DNA of 64,000 bases from Verrucomicrobiales bacterium (GCA_031411295.1 JANOAV010000037.1:32001-96000); one strand, 5' to 3'. Counted from the first letter of the stretch, positions 45,466 through 55,139 are shown. Made by a program: numbers and translations. Notes: a model not told the origin generated them from the letters alone.

Positions 45466-46566
45466 TTGAGCTTGGAACTCGCAGAGCTATTGCGGCAGGA
45501 GATCGTGGCGCACGGTGCGGTCTCATTCGCCAGGTTCATGGAACGGGCCCTGTATGAGCCTGGGTTGGGATATTATGCGCGGCGGCAAAATGTCACCGGG
45601 AGGAAAGGTGACTTCATTACCAGCGTGAGCGTAGGACCGTGCTTTGGTCAGTTATTGGCAGAGCAGGTGGCGGATTATTGGGATGTGATTGGTCGGCCTG
45701 AGGAATTTCATTTGGTGGAGCAAGGGGCCAATGACGGTCGGTTAATGGCTGATGTGGTGCAGTGGTTGGAACAACAGCACGCAACTTGCGCTGCGGCGGT
45801 GGTGGTGCATCTCATCGAACCGCTGGAAAGCGCCCGGGAGGAGCAACGGCGGCATTTGCCGCAGGTGCATCATCACGCGGTGGGCGAGGCACTGAAGTTC
45901 AAACAGGGGATGCTTTTCTGTAATGAATTGCTGGATGCCTTTCCGGTGCAGAGAGTGCGGTGGGATGGTGAGTGCTGGCGGGAACTTGGGGTCGGGGTGG
46001 GGGACGACGGTGGGTTTCACGAGGTGACTTTGGATCCGGTGTTGTCGCTGGCAATCCCCACTGCGGAGTTACCGCCCGGCTACACCACCGAGTATTGTTT
46101 GGAGGTGGAGCGCTGGTTGCAGCAAACGTCCGCTTGGTTCGAACAGGGACTGTGGCTGGTGGTCGATTACGGCCTGCACGCGGAGGAATATTTTGCCCCC
46201 TGGCGGACGGAAGGGACTTTGCGTGGGTATTCGCGGCATCGCATGGTGACAAAGGATTTTCTAGCGACGCCCGGACTGATGGATCTGACCGCTCATGTAA
46301 ATTGGACGGAGGTGTTGGCGGCTGGAGCAGCCCTTGGGCTGCAGGTGACTGGTCCGGTGGCGCAGTTGAGATTCCTCACGGCTTTGGCCGAACCGGTTCT
46401 GAAAAATATGGAAAAAGCAGGATCGATGTCTCCTGAGGATCGGGGATGGCTGCGTCAGTTTCAGACGCTGACTAATCCCAGTCAGATGGGCAGCAAATTC
46501 CAAGCGGTTTTGCTGAGCAAAGGAGTCCTGCGGCGGGCGTTGCTTGGGGCGAAATATGGTCGCTAG
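45466..46566 (+). CDS. MidA/NDUFAF7-family SAM-dependent methyltransferase
   Basis: FARFMERALY..GYY, GDFITS, NELLDAFP, DYG and DLTAHVNW motifs; TTG start. Confidence 0.9.
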   Translation: MSLELAELLRQEIVAHGAVSFARFMERALYEPGLGYYARRQNVTGRKGDFITSVSVGPCFGQLLAEQVADYWDVIGRPEEFHLVEQGANDGRLMADVVQWLEQQHATCAAAVVVHLIEPLESAREEQRRHLPQVHHHAVGEALKFKQGMLFCNELLDAFPVQRVRWDGECWRELGVGVGDDGGFHEVTLDPVLSLAIPTAELPPGYTTEYCLEVERWLQQTSAWFEQGLWLVVDYGLHAEEYFAPWRTEGTLRGYSRHRMVTKDFLATPGLMDLTAHVNWTEVLAAGAALGLQVTGPVAQLRFLTALAEPVLKNMEKAGSMSPEDRGWLRQFQTLTNPSQMGSKFQAVLLSKGVLRRALLGAKYGR

Positions 46567-46815
46567 TAGCTGGTGTGGGCTCCCAGCCTCCTTTGGCGGG
46601 GAAGCGCCCGCGGTCGCGGCATTGGAATGTCGCGCTGCGTGGTTCGGCATTTCAATGCGGAAATGGGGGCGTATCAGGAAGCTGAGCTTGTCAAATCAAG
46701 CTCTCAGAAATGAGATAATTATATCAAATGCGAGGCTTTAAGTTGACAATACCATAATTTCAGGAATATTACGCCCGATCCCTACTGGCAAGTAATATCG
46801 GAATCAGTCAAAATT

Positions 46816-49800
46816 ATGGAAAAAACCCCAATTATCATTACAAGTTCGTCTCTGTGTCTAAGAATGGTGCCCGCTATCCTGGCGATTTGTCAGGCCGTGA
46901 GTCCCTCACTTAGCGCTGTGGAAACCGCGCTTCCGCCAGAGACTATCCTGCGCGCCCTTCCTGCGTTGCCTGCGGATTCCGAAGGATCAGGGGAAGGCGA
47001 CAGTGATGGCAAATCTCCGGGCAAGGCGGCGGTGAACGGAGTTGCTGGAGGGCATGGGGACTACGTGCACTGGAATTCTTGGACCCGGGCGGGCGCTACG
47101 GAGGATGAGTTTTCTTACGGTATGGAATTGTTGGCCCCACTCTGGCACGATGAGCGCTCCGTGTTGTTTCTCTATCCCCAAGTGGGTGCTTTGGATGCCG
47201 GAAGGCAGAATTATAGCCTGGGCTTGGGAGGGCGGGTGCAGTTGGATAGTGCTCCCATTATTCTGGGAGCGAACGTTTTCTACGACCACTCGGAAGGCTT
47301 CTATAACCAGAATTTCGATCAACTGGGAGCCGGGGTTGAAGTGCTCAGCGATTGGTGGGAGTTCCGTGCGAATGGATACTTGAATTTATCGGATGAACGA
47401 TTGATCGATTCCGTGCGCACGACGGAAACGTCGAGCAACACCCGTCAAACCGGCAGCAGCGCGCAATATGTCAGCAGCAGTGAGGGCTACGCAACGGGGC
47501 ATAGCATCGTGCAGCAGAATTACTATCGGCAGACGCAGACCTTTCAGACGGTGACGACGAACACGACCCGGATGTGGGAAAATTTCGCCCAACCGATGAG
47601 TGGCTTGGATGCGGAGTTCGGGGTGCTTGTGCCCGGATTGCCGAAGCGCAATATTGAGGCGCGATTGTTTGTGGGCGGCTACTACTATCGCAATCCATTT
47701 GGGGGCAAGGATCTCAGCGGCCTGAAGGCGCGGGCGGAAGTGCGGCTCTGGGATCGACTATATTTGGACGGAGCTTGGGCGCAGGATGAGGAAGTCATGG
47801 GCGGCAATTGGTATGCCGGCATCCGCGTGAACATTCCATTCGGAGCCAAGGCCGAATCCTCCGTGCGCTTGAATAATGGCCTCCACCCACTAACGGAGCG
47901 GCTGAACGAGGCGGTGCGTCGCAACGCGCGCCCCGTGATGGCCCAGAGCGGGTATCGGGAAAATGTGGACCTGCGTGATGTCGTGCGGGCGATCCAAGTG
48001 CGACGGGCGATCCGCGTGGTGGCCAAGACGCAGGTGATCCAGGACAAGATTGATTTCGTGGACAACACCGCCACGCAGGGCGGGCCGACGGATGCGTCCA
48101 CGGTTACTGGCAGTGGCACGGCAGAGCAGCCATTTCAGAGCATCGTGCTCGCAGCTGCTGATGCGGCCCAGCGCTATGGTGCCACTGGGATGGCCCACAC
48201 GGTGATGGTTAAGCCTACCGCTTGGGCTTACCAAGGCAATGTGTTGATCACCGCGCCCATGCATCTTACTGGGGCGCAGAACTGCGGCGGCATTCTGCAC
48301 TCAGGCTTGGCGGATGTCGCGACGGGCGGGAATCCCAATTATACCGTGGGCTTCACTGAGCCGCTGGCTTTGGTCTTTGGTGGTTTCGAAGCCCACAATG
48401 TGGCTGGCAGAGTGGAGATCGATGGCTTCAACATTCGGCATGGAAGTTGGGCGGGCGATGGCATCGTGCTGGGAAACGTGGCGCAAAGCTCCATCCGCTG
48501 TAACAACATTTCGGTGCCGGGAAATGGCATCAACGTGAGGGCCATTTGGAATACCAATCGCACGGAGATCTACGATAACATCATCAACGACAATGGTGGC
48601 CATGGAATCAAAATCAGCGGGGAATATTCCGGACACCTGTCCGGTCTGGTAGCGGGCAATGATCTTTCCCGCAATGGTGGGCATGGGTTGGACCTGCGTT
48701 TGAATGATCCATCAGGGGGCGACCCCAGCGCGCTGAGTTCCAGTTGGAACGGGAACGTGGAGAACAATCGTTTGTCCAATAACCTGGGCAACGGATTCCA
48801 TTACGAGGGCTCTGGCTCCCTGGCGGGTAACTTGGTGGATAATTTTATCAACGAGAATCAGGGGGCAGCCGGGGTGGGATTTGCCAACTCCGGCAACGGT
48901 CATGTCAACGTAGGTTTGGCCTACAACGATATCCTGAACAACGCCAACGGAGGCGTGGCGGTGTCTGGGCAGCAAGCTGCGGAAACGATCCTGCCAGTCG
49001 TTAGGAATAGCATTTATGACAATGGTAGCTTCGGCTACCGGGCGGATCTCAAGGACGAGGCCACGCTGCGGGGAGACCTGCAGGACAACTACCTAGCCAT
49101 CAATCATCGCGCTGGAGTGGAATTCTCCCTCGGGAACAACAGTCGTATGAATGTCAGTCTGCTGCACAATGATGCCCACGGCAGCGGCACGGATGGGGTC
49201 ATGGGCTACCTGGATGGCGGAAGTTTCACGGGCGACATTTCCAATAACAACTTGGATGGCAATGGCCGCAATGGACTCTATCTTTTCGGCACCACCGGAG
49301 CCTTCAATTCCGTGATCACTGGTCAGATCAACAACAACAACCTCAGTGAAAATGGCAGCAATGGCCTGGCCGTGGAAATGAATACCGGCAACTTCGGCAG
49401 CAGTGTTTTCTCCAATATCGCCAACCAGAATGGCAACAACGGAATCACCATCAGTGGAAAAATTGCCACTCTGGTCTTGGATCTGCATGACAACATCGCC
49501 AATCAGAATGCCGATTCCGGCCTTGCGATCTCGGGTCATGGGACGCAAATCTGGAGTGTCGGAGTGCAGCATAACACGCTGGCAGGTAACAACAGCACGT
49601 CCCATCTGCCCTTCTCAGGATTGGATATTTCCCTGGTGGATTCGGCCTGGAATTCCGGGAGCATTTATGCCAATGAAGTCTCCGGCACTGCTTTCCGCGG
49701 CATTAGCATTAATCTCAGTGGAACCAGCACCTGGCAGGGCGATGTGCATGGGAACTATGTGCACGAAAACGGCTTTGCACCTTACGCTGCGGGAGCGCTC

Positions 49801-50205
49801 AGCGGTTCCGGTATCTTCCTGGGCCTGGCCAACAGTGGCGTCACGAACCTGAATCTGATTTATAATGCGGCTAATAAAAACGGCTCCGGCACCTTGGTTG
49901 ATCCCGTGGATGCAGGGATCGACATCCTTTCGGATAACCATCCCGGCACATGGAATGGAAACATCTTTGGCAACGTTACCAACGACAACCGCGGACTCGG
50001 CCTAACCTGGCGGACCACCACGACGGGAGCCGCCACGTTCAATGGAAACTTCCAGAACAACACCTCCAACGGCAATCAATCCAGCGGCTTCCTCATCATC
50101 TCAGGACCGGCTCCCGTAACCATCGGCGGCGGCACACAGACGGGTGGAAACACCAGCTCCGGCAATATCAATCCAGATTGGTTCACCGGCGGCTTCGGGC
50201 TCTAG
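46816..50205 (+). CDS. Inverse-autotransporter beta-barrel protein with C-terminal right-handed beta-helix passenger
   Basis: Barrel strands SLGLGGR, ILGANVFYD, QLGAGVE, EFRANGY and GLDAEFG, ending ERLNEAVRRN; then GSGTAEQPFQSI and many N/G-rich PbH1 repeats. Confidence 0.85.
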   Translation: MEKTPIIITSSSLCLRMVPAILAICQAVSPSLSAVETALPPETILRALPALPADSEGSGEGDSDGKSPGKAAVNGVAGGHGDYVHWNSWTRAGATEDEFSYGMELLAPLWHDERSVLFLYPQVGALDAGRQNYSLGLGGRVQLDSAPIILGANVFYDHSEGFYNQNFDQLGAGVEVLSDWWEFRANGYLNLSDERLIDSVRTTETSSNTRQTGSSAQYVSSSEGYATGHSIVQQNYYRQTQTFQTVTTNTTRMWENFAQPMSGLDAEFGVLVPGLPKRNIEARLFVGGYYYRNPFGGKDLSGLKARAEVRLWDRLYLDGAWAQDEEVMGGNWYAGIRVNIPFGAKAESSVRLNNGLHPLTERLNEAVRRNARPVMAQSGYRENVDLRDVVRAIQVRRAIRVVAKTQVIQDKIDFVDNTATQGGPTDASTVTGSGTAEQPFQSIVLAAADAAQRYGATGMAHTVMVKPTAWAYQGNVLITAPMHLTGAQNCGGILHSGLADVATGGNPNYTVGFTEPLALVFGGFEAHNVAGRVEIDGFNIRHGSWAGDGIVLGNVAQSSIRCNNISVPGNGINVRAIWNTNRTEIYDNIINDNGGHGIKISGEYSGHLSGLVAGNDLSRNGGHGLDLRLNDPSGGDPSALSSSWNGNVENNRLSNNLGNGFHYEGSGSLAGNLVDNFINENQGAAGVGFANSGNGHVNVGLAYNDILNNANGGVAVSGQQAAETILPVVRNSIYDNGSFGYRADLKDEATLRGDLQDNYLAINHRAGVEFSLGNNSRMNVSLLHNDAHGSGTDGVMGYLDGGSFTGDISNNNLDGNGRNGLYLFGTTGAFNSVITGQINNNNLSENGSNGLAVEMNTGNFGSSVFSNIANQNGNNGITISGKIATLVLDLHDNIANQNADSGLAISGHGTQIWSVGVQHNTLAGNNSTSHLPFSGLDISLVDSAWNSGSIYANEVSGTAFRGISINLSGTSTWQGDVHGNYVHENGFAPYAAGALSGSGIFLGLANSGVTNLNLIYNAANKNGSGTLVDPVDAGIDILSDNHPGTWNGNIFGNVTNDNRGLGLTWRTTTTGAATFNGNFQNNTSNGNQSSGFLIISGPAPVTIGGGTQTGGNTSSGNINPDWFTGGFGL

Positions 50206-50233
50206 CCGGCTAAAGCCTCAGACAATCCTGACC

Positions 50234-50255
50234 TGCACGGAAGGTTTTCCGTGCA
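50234..50255. other. Hairpin downstream of the autotransporter gene
   Basis: TGCACGGAA-GGTT-TTCCGTGCA, a 9-bp stem; no U-tract. Confidence 0.45.
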
Positions 50256-50318
50256 TAGGGAAAATGGATGGCCCTGCGCTTAGTAATGGGCGTTCGTTGG
50301 AAATGGTGGACAGAGTCA

Positions 50319-50340
50319 CGCCACTCCAATTGGAGTGGCG
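50319..50340. repeat. Perfect 22-bp palindrome (back-to-back GGAG-type REP-like ends)
   Basis: CGCCACTCCAATTGGAGTGGCG. Confidence 0.6.
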
Positions 50341-50357
50341 GAGACGCGTTTCTCGGA

Positions 50358-50394
50358 AACGAACACAGCACCCAGGTAAAACCGGGGTGCTGTG
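50358..50394 (-). terminator. Probable intrinsic terminator of rpsU
   Basis: CACAGCACCC/GGGTGCTGTG 10-bp stem about 35 bp after the rpsU stop, followed by TTCGTTT on the minus strand. Confidence 0.6.
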
Positions 50395-50427
50395 CGAAAA
50401 TTCGGATCGAGTCAGATCCTTGCTGGA

Positions 50428-50691
50428 CTAATTGGCGTGGTGCGCGGCGGCGGCAGCAGCGGCATTGGCGGCGTGCGTGGCGGCAGATTCCCGGTTGCCG
50501 GAAATGAAGCGGAACTTGTATTTATTCTTTTTGGCTGCGGTCCGGGCCTTGCGGCGGGATTTCTCAACCTTGGTTTCGTGAGCGCGCAGGCGACGGACTT
50601 CGTCTAGCTTGCCTTCAACTTCCATTTTGCTTTTAAGACGCTTGAGGGCGCGATCAATGGGTTCGCCTTTCTTGACAGGGATTTCGAGCAT
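50428..50691 (-). CDS. rpsU: 30S ribosomal protein bS21
   Basis: MLEIPVKKGEPIDRALKRLK..EGKLDEVRRLRAHE..KSRRK; true start at 50691, not 50832. Confidence 0.93.
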   Translation of the reverse strand: MLEIPVKKGEPIDRALKRLKSKMEVEGKLDEVRRLRAHETKVEKSRRKARTAAKKNKYKFRFISGNRESAATHAANAAAAAAAHHAN

Positions 50692-50801
50692 GTGGACTCC
50701 GGGGGTATTGGGTGGGTTTGATTGGGAAGAGGTTTGGCAGCGGTGGCACCTAATAAGTAGGTATTCACTCGCACAGACCAAAGATTCGGAAAAGGACGTG
50801 C

Positions 50802-50829
50802 ATTCTACAATCCTCCATACTCCTGTCAA
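50802..50829 (-). promoter_or_regulatory. sigma70-type promoter for rpsU
   Basis: Minus strand TTGACA-N16-TAGAAT. Confidence 0.6.
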
Positions 50830-50912
50830 CAAAGATTCACGGGAACATTTCCCGGTTTTTATCAGAACCGAGACTTGATCAAGAATTAATTACAAATAAT
50901 AATAAAAATTTC

Positions 50913-50941
50913 TAGACTTTGGTGGAGATGGGAATTATAGT
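50913..50941 (+). promoter_or_regulatory. sigma70-type promoter upstream of small ORF and pilin-like gene
   Basis: TAGACT-N17-TATAGT preceded by an AT-rich UP-like tract (50881-50910). Confidence 0.6.
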
Positions 50942-50970
50942 TTCTACGTAACCTTCAAGAACCGACCCCT

Positions 50971-51102
50971 ATGTTCACCAACCCAAACCAAAAAACCGCA
51001 ATCGAAACTCTGATCCCAGAGCGTGTCGTGACGCTAGCCCTCCTCTCCTGCACGGGGGCAGCTCTCTACCTGCTCAAGACCACGCTGATGTTCGTTTCAT
51101 AA
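50971..51102 (+). CDS. Putative small membrane peptide (43 aa)
   Basis: Hand translation MFTNPNQKTAIETLIPERVVTLALLSCTGAALYLLKTTLMFVS*; starts 30 bp after the -10 box. Confidence 0.45.
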   Translation: MFTNPNQKTAIETLIPERVVTLALLSCTGAALYLLKTTLMFVS

Positions 51103-51162
51103 GAACCTGCGTGGGCCCTGAGATCTAGGGATTCCCGGCACGGCCCAACCTCAACCCTGGCC

Positions 51163-51561
51163 ATGAAACGCAAAATAACTAGCCCCAAATTTAGTGCCCG
51201 CCATCGGAAGCAGACCGGATTCAGCCTCGTCGAACTCCTCGTCGTCATCGCTGTGATCGGCATCCTGACAGCGTTGGCCCTCCCGACGTTCCTCTCGGAC
51301 TATCGCGACACCAATGCTGCTGCCGCGAGGCGAAATGCTCAATGCATCGCCACCACGGCCCAGATGGCGTTGTCTGCTGGAGATGACACGGTAAAAAACA
51401 GTGTGAGTATTGAGGATGCGATCACCAAATTAAGCCAGGGCGTGAATGGCAAGGGAGCCTTGAGCACCAGTGTCTTTAAAATATCAACTCTGGGGAGCGA
51501 TGAGATCAGCCAAACCAAGCCCTACTTGAACTTCTCCAACGGGGTGCTGTCCTTGCGTTAG
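51163..51561 (+). CDS. Prepilin-type N-terminal cleavage/methylation (type IV pilin/T2SS pseudopilin-like) protein
   Basis: Basic leader then G^FSLVELLVVIAVIGILTALALP. Confidence 0.9.
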   Translation: MKRKITSPKFSARHRKQTGFSLVELLVVIAVIGILTALALPTFLSDYRDTNAAAARRNAQCIATTAQMALSAGDDTVKNSVSIEDAITKLSQGVNGKGALSTSVFKISTLGSDEISQTKPYLNFSNGVLSLR

Positions 51562-51629
51562 TGTTAATTTTCGGGTTTCGGAGAAATCTTTGCTTTCCAA
51601 CGCGGTGAATTTCTCCATGATAAGCCGGA

Positions 51630-53024
51630 ATGAAACTTACTTTTTGCGGCGCAGCCGGCACGACCACGGGATCCCAGCATTTATTGGAAATTAATGGCCA
51701 GCGAATTTTGCTGGACTGTGGCCTGTATCAAGGCCGTCGCCAGGAATCGCTGGAGCGGAATCGCCATTTCCCGTTTGATCCCTCGAAGTTGGATGCGGTC
51801 ATCCTCAGCCATGCGCACATTGACCATAGCGGCAATTTACCCAATCTGGTGAAGCAGGGGTTCAAGGGCAATATTTATTGCACCGATGCCACACGCGATC
51901 TCTGTCAGATCATGCTCGAGGATTCCGCTCACATTCAGGAGAGCGATGCTTCCTGGCTCACCCGCCACCATAAGGCCAACGCGGAACCGCTTTACACCCC
52001 GATGGATGCGGAAAAATGTCTGCGATTATTCGTCACCTTCGGTTACGAGCGCACGATGTATATTGCCGAGGGTGTGAAAGCGACTTTTATTGACGCGGGG
52101 CACATTTTGGGTTCCGCCCAGGTTATTCTGGACCTCAAAGATCAGGCGTCGGGGCAAACTAAACGCCTGTTGTTTTCAGGTGATGTAGGTCGGGGCAACA
52201 ACGAGTTGCTCCAGGATCCTGCGAATGCAGAAAATATCGATTTGGTGTTGATGGAATCAACCTACGGCGGTCGGGAACATGAGGCGACCCAGGGGGCGCA
52301 TGAACAGTTGAGTGCGATCCTGCGACACGCGCTGAAAGGGCGGGGGAAGATTATCATCCCGTGCTTTGCCGTTGAGCGCACGCAGCAAATCTTGGTGGTG
52401 CTGCATCGACTCTTCCAGGACCATCAGATCCCCGATGTGCCCGTGGTGGTGGACAGCCCGCTGGCCGTGAGTGCCACGGAAATTTTCCGCCTCCATCCTG
52501 AGTGCTACAACACAGAGGTTTACGAAGATCTATTCAATAAGGAAAATCCTTTCGGTTTCGAAGGGCTAACGCTGGTGCGCGCGGCCACGGAGTCCAAGAA
52601 GATCAACGATAAGCACGGTCCCATGATTATCATTGCGGCCAGTGGCATGTGCGAAGCCGGGCGCGTGGTGCATCACCTAAAATATAATCTCTCCAAGCCG
52701 GAAACCACCGTCCTGTTCGTCGGGTATTGTGCCGAAAACACGCTGGGGGCTAAGATTCGGGCGGGGGACAAAGTGGTTAACATTCACGGAGAACCCATTA
52801 AAGTCCGGGCACAGATTGAGGGGCTGGACTCGTTCTCAGGGCACGCCGACCATAGCGAGTTGATGGACTATTTCGCTCGCATGGGTGGGAAAAAGGAAAA
52901 GGTCTGGCTTGTGCATGGAGAAACGTCCCGCAGCCAGGCTTTTCAAGCGGCCCTGCAGGAAAAATACCCTGACAAACAGATCGCCTGTGGAGTGCTGGGG
53001 CAGACGGTGGATCTGCTAGCGTAA
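51630..53024 (+). CDS. MBL-fold beta-CASP metallo-hydrolase (putative RNase)
   Basis: LLDCG, SHAHIDHSG, AGHILGS, FSGD, MESTYG, ASGMCEAGR, FSGHAD and LVHGE motifs. Confidence 0.93.
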   Translation: MKLTFCGAAGTTTGSQHLLEINGQRILLDCGLYQGRRQESLERNRHFPFDPSKLDAVILSHAHIDHSGNLPNLVKQGFKGNIYCTDATRDLCQIMLEDSAHIQESDASWLTRHHKANAEPLYTPMDAEKCLRLFVTFGYERTMYIAEGVKATFIDAGHILGSAQVILDLKDQASGQTKRLLFSGDVGRGNNELLQDPANAENIDLVLMESTYGGREHEATQGAHEQLSAILRHALKGRGKIIIPCFAVERTQQILVVLHRLFQDHQIPDVPVVVDSPLAVSATEIFRLHPECYNTEVYEDLFNKENPFGFEGLTLVRAATESKKINDKHGPMIIIAASGMCEAGRVVHHLKYNLSKPETTVLFVGYCAENTLGAKIRAGDKVVNIHGEPIKVRAQIEGLDSFSGHADHSELMDYFARMGGKKEKVWLVHGETSRSQAFQAALQEKYPDKQIACGVLGQTVDLLA

Positions 53025-53035
53025 CACGGTCCGGC

Positions 53036-54451
53036 CTATTCGATTCGTTGAATGGCGATCAGGGTGATATCGTCACTCTGGGGGCATTCTTGGACGTGTT
53101 GTTTCACTGCGGCTTGGACTTGCTCCAGCACCGCTGCCGGTCCCAGCACGGCGGCCGCGCGGAAGCAGCTTTCGAGGCGGTCCAGGCCGAATTGATCGCC
53201 CTCCATGTCTTCGGCCTCGTTGACCCCATCGGTGTAGAGCAGCAGGCAATCGCCCGGCTCCATTTGAAATTCGAAATCCCGCGTCACGCGGTCGAAGACA
53301 TCGCCTGCATCGACACCCAGCGCCACTCCTGGTGGCTCCAAGCGGGAAATTTCTCTGGTGGCGCTGCGGTAAAGAAAGGGGGCATCGTGTCCGGCCCGGG
53401 ACAGGATCACTTTGCCTGATTCTGCCTGTAACATCACGTAGGCCAGGCTGATAAACATATCCTGCTTCACGTCTTCAAAAATCATCCGATTCACCTTCGA
53501 AAGAGCCTGCGACGGGCTTTGCAGGCCCCCGGCCAATCCGCGGAGCAGTCCGCGGCAGGTCGTCATTACCAGGGAGGCCGCAATGCCTTTGCCAGACACG
53601 TCCGCAATCACAATGCCCGTATGATCGGCATCGACGGGGATGAAATCATAGTAGTCACCACTGACAATCCGTGCGGCTGCGTTGGTCGCGCGGATGGAGA
53701 AATTACGTAATTTGGGGGCAACGTCGGGGAGGAGCAACTTCTGCACTTCACTGGCAGCATGGAGTTCCCCCTCCAAGCGACGCTTTTCCATCGCTTCTTC
53801 CTGTAGTTTAGCGTTACCCAGGGCGAAGGCTGACTGCTCTGCCACGCCCAGGAAGATCTCGAAGGCATGCTCAGGGAATGCTCCCATACTGGCGAAGTTG
53901 GCCGCCACCAAAATCCCCAATCGTTTGGAGCCGTAATTTAAAGGAGCTACCATGACTGGGGTTAGGGACTGTTCTTCGGTAAAGCCAGCAGAGAGTATCT
54001 CCTGGGCATCCAAACGGCTCAGGTGCAGCGCGGATTGTTGCACAAAACAGGAACCAAGGACCGGGCTGTCCAGCCCGATGGCCTGTAATTTTAGATAGCT
54101 GGTGCGAGCGGGATTCACCGCCATTAAATCCGTTCTGAGTTCCTCCGGCAGGGCAATCAACGGAGGGCAGAGCCGTGTGAGGACTTCGGGGACCAAGCGT
54201 GTGCCCGTTTTATCAATCAAATAAATGGCCGCCCCTGCCGCCTGGACCACCTTGGCGACGCCATCGACAATTAATTCTGGAACGCGGCGCGTGCCCCGGT
54301 CTGCGGACACCATTTCCGCCAATTCGTGAAGGTAGGAAAAGACGCGGGATTCCTCCGCTTGGAGCGAAGCAATAGCTTGTTCCAGAGCTGCCACGTGAGG
54401 GCCACCTTGAGTCGAGGATCCCTCGGCCACCGCATTTATCTCACCGCTCAT
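53036..54451 (-). CDS. GAF-domain SpoIIE/RsbU-type PP2C phosphatase
   Basis: VSGDYYD, IADVSGKG, AGH, LYTDGVNE and DDITL motifs; N-terminal GAF domain. Confidence 0.93.
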   Translation of the reverse strand: MSGEINAVAEGSSTQGGPHVAALEQAIASLQAEESRVFSYLHELAEMVSADRGTRRVPELIVDGVAKVVQAAGAAIYLIDKTGTRLVPEVLTRLCPPLIALPEELRTDLMAVNPARTSYLKLQAIGLDSPVLGSCFVQQSALHLSRLDAQEILSAGFTEEQSLTPVMVAPLNYGSKRLGILVAANFASMGAFPEHAFEIFLGVAEQSAFALGNAKLQEEAMEKRRLEGELHAASEVQKLLLPDVAPKLRNFSIRATNAAARIVSGDYYDFIPVDADHTGIVIADVSGKGIAASLVMTTCRGLLRGLAGGLQSPSQALSKVNRMIFEDVKQDMFISLAYVMLQAESGKVILSRAGHDAPFLYRSATREISRLEPPGVALGVDAGDVFDRVTRDFEFQMEPGDCLLLYTDGVNEAEDMEGDQFGLDRLESCFRAAAVLGPAAVLEQVQAAVKQHVQECPQSDDITLIAIQRIE

Positions 54452-54470
54452 CAGGTTCTGGGTTGAGGTC

Positions 54471-55028
54471 TCACTGTTGCAGTTGCACCAGTTTTTGTTC
54501 CATCAACTCGACGACATGTTGGAACTTTTCCTTATTTTCTTTCCCTGCTTCGCAGAGCTTGGTGTGAGCTTCGAGGCAGTGTTCAGTGAGTTCCTTCTTG
54601 CTGAGGTCCAAGTGCTCCAACTCCTCATCATAGACCACATCAGAACGTGTCGGGCCGGTGCCCTCGGCACAACCACAGCCTTTGGTTGGCTGGGCGAAGG
54701 GGCCATCATCCTCACTGACGCTGCAGAAATAGTGAACGCCCAGTCCGCGAAGGAGTTGGGCGTTACGACCGCGGGCATTGATGACATGCAGGCAACCTTC
54801 GACCTCTTGTCGCACCTGTTGGGCCAAACCGATCAGCATGCCCATGAACGTTGAGTCCAAAGAGGTGCAATCAGCCAAGTCCACGACGAAACTTAGTTTG
54901 CCTCGGGCGATTTCGGGCTGGGCATAACGAGCCACATCAGCACTGTTCTCTCGCGAGCCAGCGCCCTCAACGTGGAACCACACCACGTCACCACAGTGAC
55001 CGGGAATAATGGAATGCCTTGAATTCAC
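54471..55028 (-). CDS. STAS-domain anti-sigma-factor antagonist
   Basis: VVDLADCTSLDSTFMGML, containing the phosphorylatable Ser. Confidence 0.88.
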   Translation of the reverse strand: MNSRHSIIPGHCGDVVWFHVEGAGSRENSADVARYAQPEIARGKLSFVVDLADCTSLDSTFMGMLIGLAQQVRQEVEGCLHVINARGRNAQLLRGLGVHYFCSVSEDDGPFAQPTKGCGCAEGTGPTRSDVVYDEELEHLDLSKKELTEHCLEAHTKLCEAGKENKEKFQHVVELMEQKLVQLQQ

Positions 55029-55139
55029 AACAATGTTTGTTCGGGGAACTGTCGAAAATGTAACCCAGATTAGTCTCCGGTCAACTCAGCTCCTGCGGAA
55101 TCTTCCACCTTGGTTGCTGTCGCACTTCCCCTCATGTTT

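Noticed and set aside
50041..50760. C-rich to G-rich skew flip around the hairpin cluster
   Set aside because: Adequately explained by convergent gene orientation and the C/A-rich rpsU leader on the minus strand.
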